A stretch of 64,000 bases of DNA. Source: an uncultured bacterium. GTDB lineage: Bacteria; Fidelibacterota; Marinisomatia; SCGC-AAA003-L08; JACNLC01. Both the position numbers and the translations under genes were made by a program. The stretch is from NCBI GenBank assembly GCA_964527215.1, contig CAZGNZ010000018.1:16523-80522 (forward strand). Direction: 5' to 3'. The notes under the pieces are model-generated. The model saw nothing but the letters and a program-made list of their open reading frames with translations. It searched no databases and was not told where the DNA came from. Positions 30,212-42,278 of this stretch are shown piece by piece. Numbering within the stretch: the first letter of the stretch is position 1; each line of letters begins with the position of its first letter.

Positions 30212-30706
30212 ATGAACAGCACTCTCAGAATTCATATGATCTGGGCTATGGACATGGAAGGCGGCATCGGTATTGGAAATGACCTCCCTTGGCATATTTC
30301 TGAAGATTTGAAAAACTTCAAGCGCCTGACGCTTCACAAACCTGTTGTCATGGGACTAAACACCTGGATCTCTCTGCCCAGGAAACCGCTGCCGAACCGC
30401 AGAAACATCGTTCTGTCTCCGGAACCATGCCCGAATGTTGAATGCTATTCATCTATCAGCTCCTGCCTGAAACAGCTGAATTCAGATGGTATACCGGATG
30501 TGTTTATCACAGGCGGCGGGATGGTGTACGGGGAATTTTATCCAATGGCAACTGACCTGCATATCACGCTTGTCAACCAGACTACTGATGGGATAGACAC
30601 CTGGTTTCCCATTGGCCTTGAAACGATCAGAAACGACTTTGATCAGCTGGAAGAATACCCGCTTACTGAAACAGCCGTCTACACCCGCTGGCAGCGGAAA
30701 ATCTGA
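30212..30706 (+). CDS. folA: Dihydrofolate reductase
   Basis: IG..NDLPW..EDLKNFK, VMG, PLPNRRNIV and DTWFP motifs; directly follows thyA. Confidence 0.95.
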   Translation: MNSTLRIHMIWAMDMEGGIGIGNDLPWHISEDLKNFKRLTLHKPVVMGLNTWISLPRKPLPNRRNIVLSPEPCPNVECYSSISSCLKQLNSDGIPDVFITGGGMVYGEFYPMATDLHITLVNQTTDGIDTWFPIGLETIRNDFDQLEEYPLTETAVYTRWQRKI

Positions 30707-30780
30707 TTTCGTCCCTGATTATCGGGGTTGTTTCCGCGGCTGCGTGTGCCTCATCGTCAGTCAGTATTGATATTGTCTCT

Positions 30781-31725
30781 TTATCTGACCTCTCCGATAA
30801 ATACGAGAAAGACACCGGCCACCGCCAGAATCAATGAGATGATGCGCCGCGGCGTAATGGGTTCTTTCAGGAATAATCCGGCAAACAGAAATATAAAAAT
30901 GGTCGATGTCTGATTTAAGATACCGGCAATAGATACTTTGGTAAGTGCCATTCCCCCGATCCAGAGAATCATTGCAAGGAATGTACCCAGAACGGAACTG
31001 GAAATCAATCCCGGCCAGATAGTGGAATCCTTAAACGGAGAAAACAGATCCTGCTGTTTCCTGAACAGGAACATGAATCCGGCCGAGAACAGCAGCCCGG
31101 GGATCAGTCTGAAACCCGCCAGCCAGAACTGCTGACCGATATTGTCAGATACTTTGTTCAATATCGGTTTGATCATCACAATTCCTCCGGCCATCAATGC
31201 CATCGCCGTAATACCTAAGCCGATTCCGACCAGAAATTCCTTTTTCGATGCCGGCAGATTCTTCAGCCTGAAGGAAGCAAAAAGGATTGCAGAAACGATC
31301 AGCACCGCTCCGGTAAACTGCAGAAGGCTCAGGCGCTCGCCCACCAGGATATAGGCAAACAGCAGGACAAACGCGCTGTACATACAGTCCACAATGGCAG
31401 ATATTCCGGCTCCGAGGATATTCAGCGATTTCAGAAATATGGTATCCGCTACCCCAATTCCCACACCGCCGCTCAGAATCAGCATCCAATACTCCCGGCT
31501 GGTAAACCCGGCTGCGCCGGACGGATCCAGAGGCTGCAGGAGCGGTTCTCCAATTATCAGACAGGTAATAAAAAAAAGCAGCAGACCAACCGCATTCTTG
31601 AACGGGTTCAACACCAGCGGCGATATTTTCTCACCGGTTCGCTTAAATATTATGACGGCCATTGCCCAGAGGACAGCACTGCCCAGAGACAGAATTTCAC
31701 CAATGAACGGAACAGTATGAATCAA
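30781..31725 (-). CDS. EamA/DMT family transporter
   Basis: 10 TM segments; GIGVAD..FLKSL, GERL and FLKE motifs. Confidence 0.88.
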   Translation of the reverse strand: MIHTVPFIGEILSLGSAVLWAMAVIIFKRTGEKISPLVLNPFKNAVGLLLFFITCLIIGEPLLQPLDPSGAAGFTSREYWMLILSGGVGIGVADTIFLKSLNILGAGISAIVDCMYSAFVLLFAYILVGERLSLLQFTGAVLIVSAILFASFRLKNLPASKKEFLVGIGLGITAMALMAGGIVMIKPILNKVSDNIGQQFWLAGFRLIPGLLFSAGFMFLFRKQQDLFSPFKDSTIWPGLISSSVLGTFLAMILWIGGMALTKVSIAGILNQTSTIFIFLFAGLFLKEPITPRRIISLILAVAGVFLVFIGEVR

Positions 31726-31800
31726 ATCGTCCTCATGAATTCAAAAGGGTATTTTTAGAAGAAAGTCAATCAATAAAGTTGAAATGAATTGGAAGATGAA

Positions 31801-32367
31801 TTACAGGTTTTTATTCCGGATGTTGGATTTTTTCCAGTTGGCTTTATGAATGTGATAGATATGGTGTTTAACTGAACACGTTTTTGATTGCAGCTTCAGT
31901 GGAAATTGATAGATTGACGTGCCGACCCTGATTCCGCCGACAGCTTCCTGCATTTTTATTGATGCGGTATTTCGAATGTTGGGTGTGGCTTCAACAATAC
32001 GGCATTCGGTGCGCCTGAACAGATAATCCAACAGCAGCCATTTAATTTCCCGTCCGTATCCGCGGCCCTGGAATTCCGGAAGCAGTTTGATATCCGTGGA
32101 AGCTATTCCTTTCGAATCCGGCGGATGCATATGGCATTCACCAATCGGCGGACCTTGCGGAATCTCTGCAACCAGCAGACGGTTCAGAGCGGATTCCGGT
32201 TCTTCGGACAGCCGTTTTTTTATATCAGACAGTGAGATATCCAGTCCGTTTGGATATCCCACCATCTTCATGATATCGGGATTTGTCCACAATTTGAAAA
32301 ACAGGTCTGCGTCTCCCTGAACAGCCTGCCGGATAATCATCCGCCGGGACTGGATGACGATACTCAA
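31801..32367 (-). CDS. GNAT N-acetyltransferase (RimJ/RimL-like)
   Basis: LLPEFQGRGYG and N.ASIK motifs. Confidence 0.85.
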   Translation of the reverse strand: MSIVIQSRRMIIRQAVQGDADLFFKLWTNPDIMKMVGYPNGLDISLSDIKKRLSEEPESALNRLLVAEIPQGPPIGECHMHPPDSKGIASTDIKLLPEFQGRGYGREIKWLLLDYLFRRTECRIVEATPNIRNTASIKMQEAVGGIRVGTSIYQFPLKLQSKTCSVKHHIYHIHKANWKKSNIRNKNL

Positions 32368-32422
32368 ATTCCGGCAGATGGGTTACCAGCGTGTCCGCAG
32401 AAAACGGGTGGACGGATCCGCA

Positions 32423-35400
32423 TTATTTCATTAACACCATTTTTTCGGAGAATACCCTGTCTCCTGCAGTCAAACGGCAGAAATATACACCCGACGGCTG
32501 CAGCCTTCCGGACTGATCCGACCCCTGCCAGGTGTAATGATATTCTCCGGCAGTTCGGACACCGTGATCCAGAACCTGTATTTCATGTCCCATCATATCG
32601 TAAACCGCGAGGTGTACAAAACTGTCTTCAGCCAGGTCGAACCGGATTTCGGTTTCAGGATTGAACGGATTGGGGGCGTTCGGATACAGACAAATCTTTT
32701 CAGGCAGAACGGTATGAGTGGCCGCAACAGATAAACCCGCCCCGTCCGAAATAACGATTCCACTGTACTCCGCCAGATCCTCTCCTGTCAGTCTGATATA
32801 ATCAGTCAGTGATCCATCCAGTGAATATCCAACAAGTTTCTCAGCAGTCTGATCCAGCCGCCAGCCGTCCGGCAGATTGTGACCAGACAGCCTGACCGCG
32901 CGTGTCAGTGTTAATTCAAACCCGGCCAGATGATCGCCGCTGATTTCCATGATGTTCTCTCCGGTCCGTATGTCAGCAGGTCCGACTGCACTGCGGTTCA
33001 GGCCCGGCTCGAAGGAGTCAAACAGGATAAGATTCACGAGCTGCACCACATCCAGTACATTCAGAACGCTGTCCTCATTCAAATCAGCGGACCAGATTTG
33101 GTACTCATCGGGTTCTTCCACCAGTATAATGAAGTTCACCAGCTGCACTACATCCAGCACATTGACATCCGCATCGCCGTTGATATCTCCGATATAGCCG
33201 ATCGATAGAATGTGGATCAGGGTTTCTGCCGTCAGTTCTCCGCCCAGCGGATCGCTGACCACAACATCAAGCAGTTCCAGCAGAACTTCCGTTCCCATAG
33301 CCGCTTCGTTTGAAACCTGCAGATGCAGTTCTCCGATCTGACCACTGCCGGCTTCCCATACACAGCCTTCCAGACTGAAAAATATAATGATGGATGATCC
33401 TTCAACATTATTGAAACTGACACTCATGCAATCCATTCCGGATTCAACGCTGATAATATCCGCTGCGTCCGGTGTATCGGTCAGTGTAAACTGGAGTCCG
33501 CCCACTGGCTGGCTGTTTTCCATTCGGATTGGAAGAACCAGCGTATCACCCGGCATTGCGGCAGCATCCTCCAGCGCCAGAAACACAGAAGGTTCAGGTA
33601 TCATTGGCTCGAGGAAGAAGTTAAACGACACGGTGTTCTGTATCATGATTTCATGTGTCTGCTCATGATATCCTTCCGCTTCAGCGCTGATTTCAAAGAA
33701 GCCCGGATAAGGAACCTCAATCAAGTAGTACCCTTCACCACTGCTGACCGCTTCCGATGAAAAATCTTCCCCGGCTATGGCAATAATGGCGTCAGGGAGG
33801 GGGATTTCAAGACCATTTTCCAGTCCATGCACATAACCGAAAACGGCATGAGTACCGGTATCACCAAAAATAAAATCATGCTGAAGCACGTCGCCGGCAT
33901 CAAGCAATATCTCTGCTGACTGCACTTCACCGTTCACCGTTGTGCAAGTGACAAGATACATACCGATCGGCAGCTCGATTTCATATCCGCCATCGTCGTG
34001 ACTGAAAACAGTGAACATAATACCGATTTCCGGCTGAAGGACCTGTATTTCAGCCCCTTGTACCGGAACCAGACCATCCTCGGATTCCTGATACACATGT
34101 CCAAACAGGACAGCCGTTTCAGCCGGTGCATAGGGGTTCACACATTCCGTATTGCTGAATTCTGAAACCGCATCTCCCACCACGGCATTGACCATGAAGC
34201 AGTTGATAGTATCGGGTGCGATGAAATCACCAAAAAGATAATCAAAATGCATTAATTCAGTGGTCCCCGCCAGCTCAAATTCATAACCGCTCTGCCAGCC
34301 CAAATTGGCATATACCTGGAAAACCGGCAGCATAACCGGATCCGGCAGCGGGGGATAAGACCAGGTGAGGGACACTCCGCCAGAGGGACCCATTTCAGGG
34401 ACAAATACGGCATTCAGGTCGAAAGGCGGCGAAGGAATTGGGAATTCTCCCAGCATGATACAAACGATATTGGACGGATTTGATTCATACTCATCACAAA
34501 AAGCAGTCACCTGAAAACAGATTTCCGCTGGCAGTTCCAAATCATCAAGCGGGATGGGAAATTCGAAAATGGTTTCAGACGTGTCGCCAATCAGTTCCCA
34601 AGTTTGATCGGGGGTGTCCGGATGACCGGCATACACATGATATTCCGGCAGACAGTTCAGCGGCCAGACCAGAGGCGGTTCCCAGGTCATGACTGCAAGG
34701 TTTTGATCTTCCGTCAGTGTAACAGTCAGATTCCGGGGCGCATCTTCCTGAGGGAGTTCCCAAAGATTGAAATGGAAATCCACGTCCACCACATCACCTG
34801 GCTCAATCGGAACCAGTTCATACACTGTGCCGTATTCAGTGATACATCCTATCAGCCAGGGAATTTCAATGCCCGAATCAATCACTTCCATCTGGTAAAA
34901 TCCGTTTTCATCGGTCACGGCAGTATAAATAATGGTATATCCCCATTCCGGATTCGCCGTCATTTCAGCACCGGCCAGCGGGAAGGTTGGTCCTTCCGGT
35001 GAATACTGGAACGATACATATCCCTGAACGACGGCAGTTTCCATCGGATTGGCGGGATCAATACAGACAGTATTGCTTGGGTCCGATTCCAGTTCACCGC
35101 AAAAAGCCGTAATCTGATAACAGATTTCAAGCTGGTTGAAATTCGTCAGCGGATGAAAGTAATCCGTTTCTGAAGTTTCCGTCAGCAGCTGCCAGTCTGA
35201 ATTGTCCATACTGTAATAAATGCGGTACTCAGGAAGGCAGTTGAGGGGCCATTCCAGGGGAGGTTCCCAGATGAGATGGACAACGGTAAAATCTTCTGTC
35301 AGAAATCCCTGCAGGTTTTGAGGGGGTGTCAGGGGATTGTCCTCCCAGCCGTAGAAATTGAAATTCAGTTCAGTACCGTTTTCGGGGAAAACCATTACTT

Positions 35401-36565
35401 CGGAAGTCTGGGTACCCATTTCAGTACTGCAGGTCACAATCCATGGGATGTCCCAGGCATTGAGTTCCATTTCATACAATCCGTCCTCATCTGTAGTGGT
35501 GGACGGATTGGGCTCCGGACCCCAGGCGGGGGTGGCACTGATAAATGCTCCCTCAATGGGAAAAGTGGGACCCATGGGTGACAGCTGTCCGGTAACGATT
35601 CCGAAAATCCATCCGGTTTCTTCCGGATTGAATTCAGGTTCCAGATAGAAATCCATATACACCGGTTCGTCGGGATTCAGGATCAATTCGGATGTCTGCG
35701 TCATGTATCCTTCCGCAGATACTTCAACCTGTGTCGCCCCATCGCTCAGTTCCGAAAAACCAAAACCGCCATCATTATCGGTCACAGTTTCATTCAGAAC
35801 TTCGCCGGTCAATCCGGAAAAAACCCGTACAAGGGCTCCCGGCAGCGGAACGGGCAGGCCGATATCATTTGGATTGACGCTGAACACGTGGCCATGGAAA
35901 ACAACGTCATCCGTGTTCTGCGGGGTCAGTGCAAAATCATGATGCAGTTCTCCGGGCAGCAGCACAAGATTTTCATGCAGCAGTTCAAAGCCTTCATGAG
36001 AAAGGGTGGCTATCCATTCATCGCCGTATTCGGGAAAAAGGCTGATATCCAGCGTGTAATACCCAAGTTCATCGGAATAGGCAGTGAATGCGATATCCAT
36101 TGGGCTGTTCAGTTGATAAATACTGAGCAACGTTCCGGGAAGAATGCAGGCCAGTTCGCTGTCGGTACAGTCTTCAATCCACACCCGGCCGTGGAGATGA
36201 CAGATATCGTTCAGCGGCAGCGGTTCCAGCAGGAAATCAAGCTGAAGCATCTGACCTTCGGGGAACACGGTCTCGCTGGCGGACTGATATCCTTCTGCAG
36301 AAACAAGGACGGTAACAGGACCGTCCCAGTTCCAAAGAAAGGTTAATTCATAATCACCGTTTTCATCCGTCACTGTCTGGATTTCACTGACGGCATCCGG
36401 AACCGATACTTCTGCACCGTGGATGGGCATGTATAGACCGGTATTGGTTGGTCCGGATACCTGTCCGAAGACAGTTATTTCCTGGGCAATTGTCCAGCTG
36501 AAAAGGGTGAAAATGAAAAAAGGTAAGCTAAACAGTAAGTGGGGTTTGTTACGGGAAACCATCAT
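32423..36565 (-). CDS. Large acidic secreted multidomain protein: carboxypeptidase-regulatory-like repeats, 3x FN3, cohesin, dockerin, FlgD-Ig/T9SS-type CTD
   Basis: Signal peptide; repeated G.V....P..GA.V....TD.NG.Y modules; P.NL...L.W..P FN3 modules; PGDTLVLPIRMENSQPVGGLQFTL cohesin; GDINGDADVNVLD dockerin; NAPNPFNPET...SGVYF...KMVLMK CTD. Confidence 0.85.
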   Translation of the reverse strand: MMVSRNKPHLLFSLPFFIFTLFSWTIAQEITVFGQVSGPTNTGLYMPIHGAEVSVPDAVSEIQTVTDENGDYELTFLWNWDGPVTVLVSAEGYQSASETVFPEGQMLQLDFLLEPLPLNDICHLHGRVWIEDCTDSELACILPGTLLSIYQLNSPMDIAFTAYSDELGYYTLDISLFPEYGDEWIATLSHEGFELLHENLVLLPGELHHDFALTPQNTDDVVFHGHVFSVNPNDIGLPVPLPGALVRVFSGLTGEVLNETVTDNDGGFGFSELSDGATQVEVSAEGYMTQTSELILNPDEPVYMDFYLEPEFNPEETGWIFGIVTGQLSPMGPTFPIEGAFISATPAWGPEPNPSTTTDEDGLYEMELNAWDIPWIVTCSTEMGTQTSEVMVFPENGTELNFNFYGWEDNPLTPPQNLQGFLTEDFTVVHLIWEPPLEWPLNCLPEYRIYYSMDNSDWQLLTETSETDYFHPLTNFNQLEICYQITAFCGELESDPSNTVCIDPANPMETAVVQGYVSFQYSPEGPTFPLAGAEMTANPEWGYTIIYTAVTDENGFYQMEVIDSGIEIPWLIGCITEYGTVYELVPIEPGDVVDVDFHFNLWELPQEDAPRNLTVTLTEDQNLAVMTWEPPLVWPLNCLPEYHVYAGHPDTPDQTWELIGDTSETIFEFPIPLDDLELPAEICFQVTAFCDEYESNPSNIVCIMLGEFPIPSPPFDLNAVFVPEMGPSGGVSLTWSYPPLPDPVMLPVFQVYANLGWQSGYEFELAGTTELMHFDYLFGDFIAPDTINCFMVNAVVGDAVSEFSNTECVNPYAPAETAVLFGHVYQESEDGLVPVQGAEIQVLQPEIGIMFTVFSHDDGGYEIELPIGMYLVTCTTVNGEVQSAEILLDAGDVLQHDFIFGDTGTHAVFGYVHGLENGLEIPLPDAIIAIAGEDFSSEAVSSGEGYYLIEVPYPGFFEISAEAEGYHEQTHEIMIQNTVSFNFFLEPMIPEPSVFLALEDAAAMPGDTLVLPIRMENSQPVGGLQFTLTDTPDAADIISVESGMDCMSVSFNNVEGSSIIIFFSLEGCVWEAGSGQIGELHLQVSNEAAMGTEVLLELLDVVVSDPLGGELTAETLIHILSIGYIGDINGDADVNVLDVVQLVNFIILVEEPDEYQIWSADLNEDSVLNVLDVVQLVNLILFDSFEPGLNRSAVGPADIRTGENIMEISGDHLAGFELTLTRAVRLSGHNLPDGWRLDQTAEKLVGYSLDGSLTDYIRLTGEDLAEYSGIVISDGAGLSVAATHTVLPEKICLYPNAPNPFNPETEIRFDLAEDSFVHLAVYDMMGHEIQVLDHGVRTAGEYHYTWQGSDQSGRLQPSGVYFCRLTAGDRVFSEKMVLMK

Positions 36566-36901
36566 TCAGCTCCTGTAAAAAGGTTGGAAAGAACAACTGT
36601 GAATTTACAAAATATTTGTATTCCCCATTTGTGTTTTTCGAATTGCATCATAAATGAAATGCCGGAATGCTGGTCGTTCTGAAAAACCGGACTGGTACAC
36701 TCATGACAAGCCGGTAATCCAACCTGAACCGTATTTACCCACTCGGATGATTCATGCAATCATACTGCGCGGTTCATCCCGGTGGATGACAAAACCCAAG
36801 ATAAACCCCAGGCTCATGCAGCGGCGAATTCACCATTTTGCCGTATCTGCATTGTCAAATGACCGGCGGAGGATGATTAGGGAAATGGAGATGGCGGTGG
36901 A

Positions 36902-37960
36902 TCAGGGCATTGCGGGCGGGGAATGATCCCTGAAATCGAGAAGGATTTTTCCGAAATTTTTTCGATCCTGGATGTACTGATGGGCTTCCGGGGCTTCCGT
37001 ATAAGGGAAAATACGGTCCACAATGGGTTCGATGGCGCCGGTATCTGCAAGTTTCAAGAGTTTTGTGACAGCCGATCTGATACGGTGTTCGTATCCGTTC
37101 AGCCGTCCGAGATGAAATCCCATGATGCTTCGGTTGTGGGCAATCAGCTGGTAGGGTTTATAGGCCGGTGTGGTCCAGAGCTCTTTCATCAGCTTGATCA
37201 GATTGCGCTTTCGTCCGTTGACCAGTTTCTGATCACCGTAAACAATCAGACGTCCCATTTTTGACAGCATATTGTAACTGATTTTCCAGCTTTGTCCGCC
37301 GAGCGGATCAATAATAAGATCTGCCCCCTGACCCTTTGTAAAATCCATCACCCTTTCGTAAACATTGTCTCGATTGTAATCAATGCATTCATCAACACCC
37401 AGCTGATAAAGACGGTTGTGTTTCCAGCTGGAAGCAGTTCCGATGATTCTGGCACCCACAACTCTGGCAAGCTGAATCATGGCGGTTCCCATACCGCCGC
37501 CGGCACCATGGATAATGACGGTTCTGCCCTGGCGCAGGCAGCCCATTTCAATCAGCATGAGCCATGCTGTCGTATAAATGACGGGAAAGGCCGCGCCCTG
37601 CTGAAAAGAGAATGTATCCGGTAGGGGAATTACATTCTTGACCGGTACAATCACATGGGTGGAGTAGCTGCAGTGGTGGCAGAATGTCATTACTTTCTGT
37701 CCGATACTGAATCCGCTCGCGCCGGGGCCCTCCATTTCCACCACACCGCTGGCTTCACTGCCCAATGCAGCAGGCGGCATCGGAGCACCGGGATACAGAT
37801 TCATCCTGGCCATTATTTCCGAGAAATTCACCCCTGCAAACTGAACCCGGATCCGCACCTCTCCGGCCCTTGGCTCCGGTTTCGGAGTGTCAATCACCTG
37901 CAGAACCTCGGGCGGTCCGAATCGGTTATAAATGATTTGCTTCATAGGGATGTTTTCCAT
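36902..37960 (-). CDS. Zn-independent MDR / NADPH:quinone oxidoreductase (VAT-1-like)
   Basis: AGVNFSE, GSEASG, HGAGGGMG and RKNFGKILL motifs. Confidence 0.88.
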   Translation of the reverse strand: MENIPMKQIIYNRFGPPEVLQVIDTPKPEPRAGEVRIRVQFAGVNFSEIMARMNLYPGAPMPPAALGSEASGVVEMEGPGASGFSIGQKVMTFCHHCSYSTHVIVPVKNVIPLPDTFSFQQGAAFPVIYTTAWLMLIEMGCLRQGRTVIIHGAGGGMGTAMIQLARVVGARIIGTASSWKHNRLYQLGVDECIDYNRDNVYERVMDFTKGQGADLIIDPLGGQSWKISYNMLSKMGRLIVYGDQKLVNGRKRNLIKLMKELWTTPAYKPYQLIAHNRSIMGFHLGRLNGYEHRIRSAVTKLLKLADTGAIEPIVDRIFPYTEAPEAHQYIQDRKNFGKILLDFRDHSPPAMP

Positions 37961-38010
37961 GGGCCCTGTTCCGGAAATAAATTTAAAGGGAAGTTCTCAT
38001 GCAGTCCTAG

Positions 38011-38110
38011 CCCGCATATTTCAAGAGAATATCTATGTGTAAAATGCCTTGCATTATCCGGACGACGAGATATCTGGTCATAACCTGCGTTGTCAGCCTT
38101 GAAAATTGTA
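38011..38110. repeat. Partial IS1380-like MITE end
   Basis: ctag|cccgcatatttcaagagaatatctatgtg...ccggacgacgagatatctggtc aligns with the reverse complement of 13850-13946; the right boundary is approximate. Confidence 0.6.
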
Positions 38111-38291
38111 TTTCACACGATTATTACTGGTTTGTTAATACAGGAATAATTGCTAATTTTTTATTGTCGATACCAGCTTCAACTAAGGCAAATCAGCCGA
38201 AGTTCACACTTAAGTATTGGACAAATCCCTACACCAGATCCTTTCATTACCGCATTAATTATCAGTTAACTATCCGGATACAGAATCAATT

Positions 38292-38657
38292 ATGAACGAT
38301 AAAAACATATTGATCGTCGAAGATGAAATCTTAATTGCTCAGCTCATCAGGGAATCGGTAACACAGTTTGGTTTCCAGGCGGACGTAGTAAAATCGGGAC
38401 CTGAAGCATTGGAATATGTTCAGACAAACCAGGTGGATTTGATCCTGATGGATGTGATGCTGGGAGGCCCTCTGAACGGGATAGATACGGTTGTTGAAAT
38501 TCAGAAGCAGTCGCTTGAAATTCCTGTTGTGTATGCCACCGGTGCCATGATCGAGAAGGATGCTCCGGAGCTGACAGCCACCAATCCTGCCGGTGTGGTG
38601 AAAAAGCCTATACACATCGGACAGTTGATTCAGACTATTAAAGAGATTCTTGATTAG
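38292..38657 (+). CDS. Single-domain response regulator
   Basis: ILIVEDE, LILMD, YAT and KP receiver residues. Confidence 0.9.
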   Translation: MNDKNILIVEDEILIAQLIRESVTQFGFQADVVKSGPEALEYVQTNQVDLILMDVMLGGPLNGIDTVVEIQKQSLEIPVVYATGAMIEKDAPELTATNPAGVVKKPIHIGQLIQTIKEILD

Positions 38658-38662
38658 CAGAA

Positions 38663-40693
<2,031 letters not shown>

Positions 40694-42193
40694 CTACCGC
40701 TGCAGCTGAGTATCCAGACAGCTGCTCAAACTGAAGTGGTCGGTACTGCTGAACTTGAAGTGCTTGTGCTCGTAGTCCCCATGATCATTGATAAAATACA
40801 GAGATTCAAATTCTTCCCGGCGCTCTATGATTTCCTGAAGCGCGGTGATGAAGTGCCGAACATCATCCATTGTATTATAAAGCCCGAAGCTGACCCGAAC
40901 CATTCCCATCCACGGTTCCAGATGCCAGTCCCGCACCTTGCGCTGCTTCACATCGTCAATTTGTTCCTTGTGGGTCATCTCCAGCATTTTTTCCACGTAA
41001 GGATGGGCACAGAAGCATTCATTCCGGACAGCGATGTTAAAATAATCATTCAGGATACCTGCGACCAGACCGTGATTAAACCGCTTGATATTAAATGAGA
41101 TTGTTCCGGCCCGGGGACATGTGCCGGTGTCAGTGTCCCCATAAATCACCACATCTTTCAACCGGAGCATTTCGCTCAGCGCAGAATTGGTCAGTTCCTT
41201 ATCTTCTTCCAGAACCACATCCATCCCGATGCGGTCCAGGACATCGATAGCACTGCCGAGAAGCACCGCTCCCACAATGTTGGGAGTACCGGCTTCTTCA
41301 CGATCCGGAAAATGTTCTGTCACAAAATATTCATCAGGGAAAACCCGATCAACCATTCCTCCGCCCACCTCTTCCGGTTCGATGCCGGCCAGGATTGATT
41401 TCCGTGCGATCACCACTCCCGGTGAACCCGGCGCATAGGTTTTGTGACCCGAAATCACGAGTGCATCCACATCTCTCATGGGATTATTATGTCCGCTGAT
41501 CTTAATGGGAACATGGGCGGCCATCTGCGCGGCATCTACCACGAGGAAGGCATTATACTTATGGACCAGTTCCGCGACCTGATTGATGGGATTGATAATC
41601 CCGGTCACATTGCTGATTCCAGTGACGGAAACATAATTTAGGCGGTCCCTGAATTTCTTCAGATAATGTTCAAGGAGCTCCAGATCAATACAGCCCATTC
41701 GGGACTCGTGGGTATCCACCGGAATATGGATAACGGATCCGCCATGTTTGCGGTGGGGCAGATCATTGGAGTGGTGTTCCATGATCGAAACCAGAACAAC
41801 GTCCCGGTCCGGCCGAAGGTGCTTAAAGGAACGAGCCATCCGGTTCATTCCTGCAGTCACGCCGCTACCAGTGAAAAAACAGGTGTATTCTTCCGGATCC
41901 GCGTGGACAAAATTCAGGATTTTCTGATGTACCCAGTGATAGGTCTCGGTGGCAATTCGAGCTCCGAAATGCATGACTGAGTGGGTATTGGCATAGTGCT
42001 CAAGAAATGCACTGGCGGACCGGAAAGCCGGACCCATCATCAAAGTGGAAGCAGTTGAATCCAGGTAAACCCTGCGGGTGATTTCACCCGTCGCGATGGG
42101 ATAGCGGGTTTTCAGACCAAGAAAATCACTTTGGACACGTTTCATTAATTCAACAGAGGAACGATCAAACTGGTTTTGGATGCAATTATTCAT
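40694..42193 (-). CDS. Class V PLP aminotransferase, cysteine desulfurase-like
   Basis: YLDSTAS, EHHSNDLP, DAAQ, SGHK, EEAGTPN and RNECFCAHPY motifs; start taken at ATG 42193. Confidence 0.85.
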   Translation of the reverse strand: MNNCIQNQFDRSSVELMKRVQSDFLGLKTRYPIATGEITRRVYLDSTASTLMMGPAFRSASAFLEHYANTHSVMHFGARIATETYHWVHQKILNFVHADPEEYTCFFTGSGVTAGMNRMARSFKHLRPDRDVVLVSIMEHHSNDLPHRKHGGSVIHIPVDTHESRMGCIDLELLEHYLKKFRDRLNYVSVTGISNVTGIINPINQVAELVHKYNAFLVVDAAQMAAHVPIKISGHNNPMRDVDALVISGHKTYAPGSPGVVIARKSILAGIEPEEVGGGMVDRVFPDEYFVTEHFPDREEAGTPNIVGAVLLGSAIDVLDRIGMDVVLEEDKELTNSALSEMLRLKDVVIYGDTDTGTCPRAGTISFNIKRFNHGLVAGILNDYFNIAVRNECFCAHPYVEKMLEMTHKEQIDDVKQRKVRDWHLEPWMGMVRVSFGLYNTMDDVRHFITALQEIIERREEFESLYFINDHGDYEHKHFKFSSTDHFSLSSCLDTQLQR

Positions 42194-42278
42194 AATGAAA
42201 ATTAACGGTTTTTTCGAATTTGTTAAAACCAGGGAATTGTTAAAAGATATGGCATGTGCGGTGACGTCAGGGTGAACA

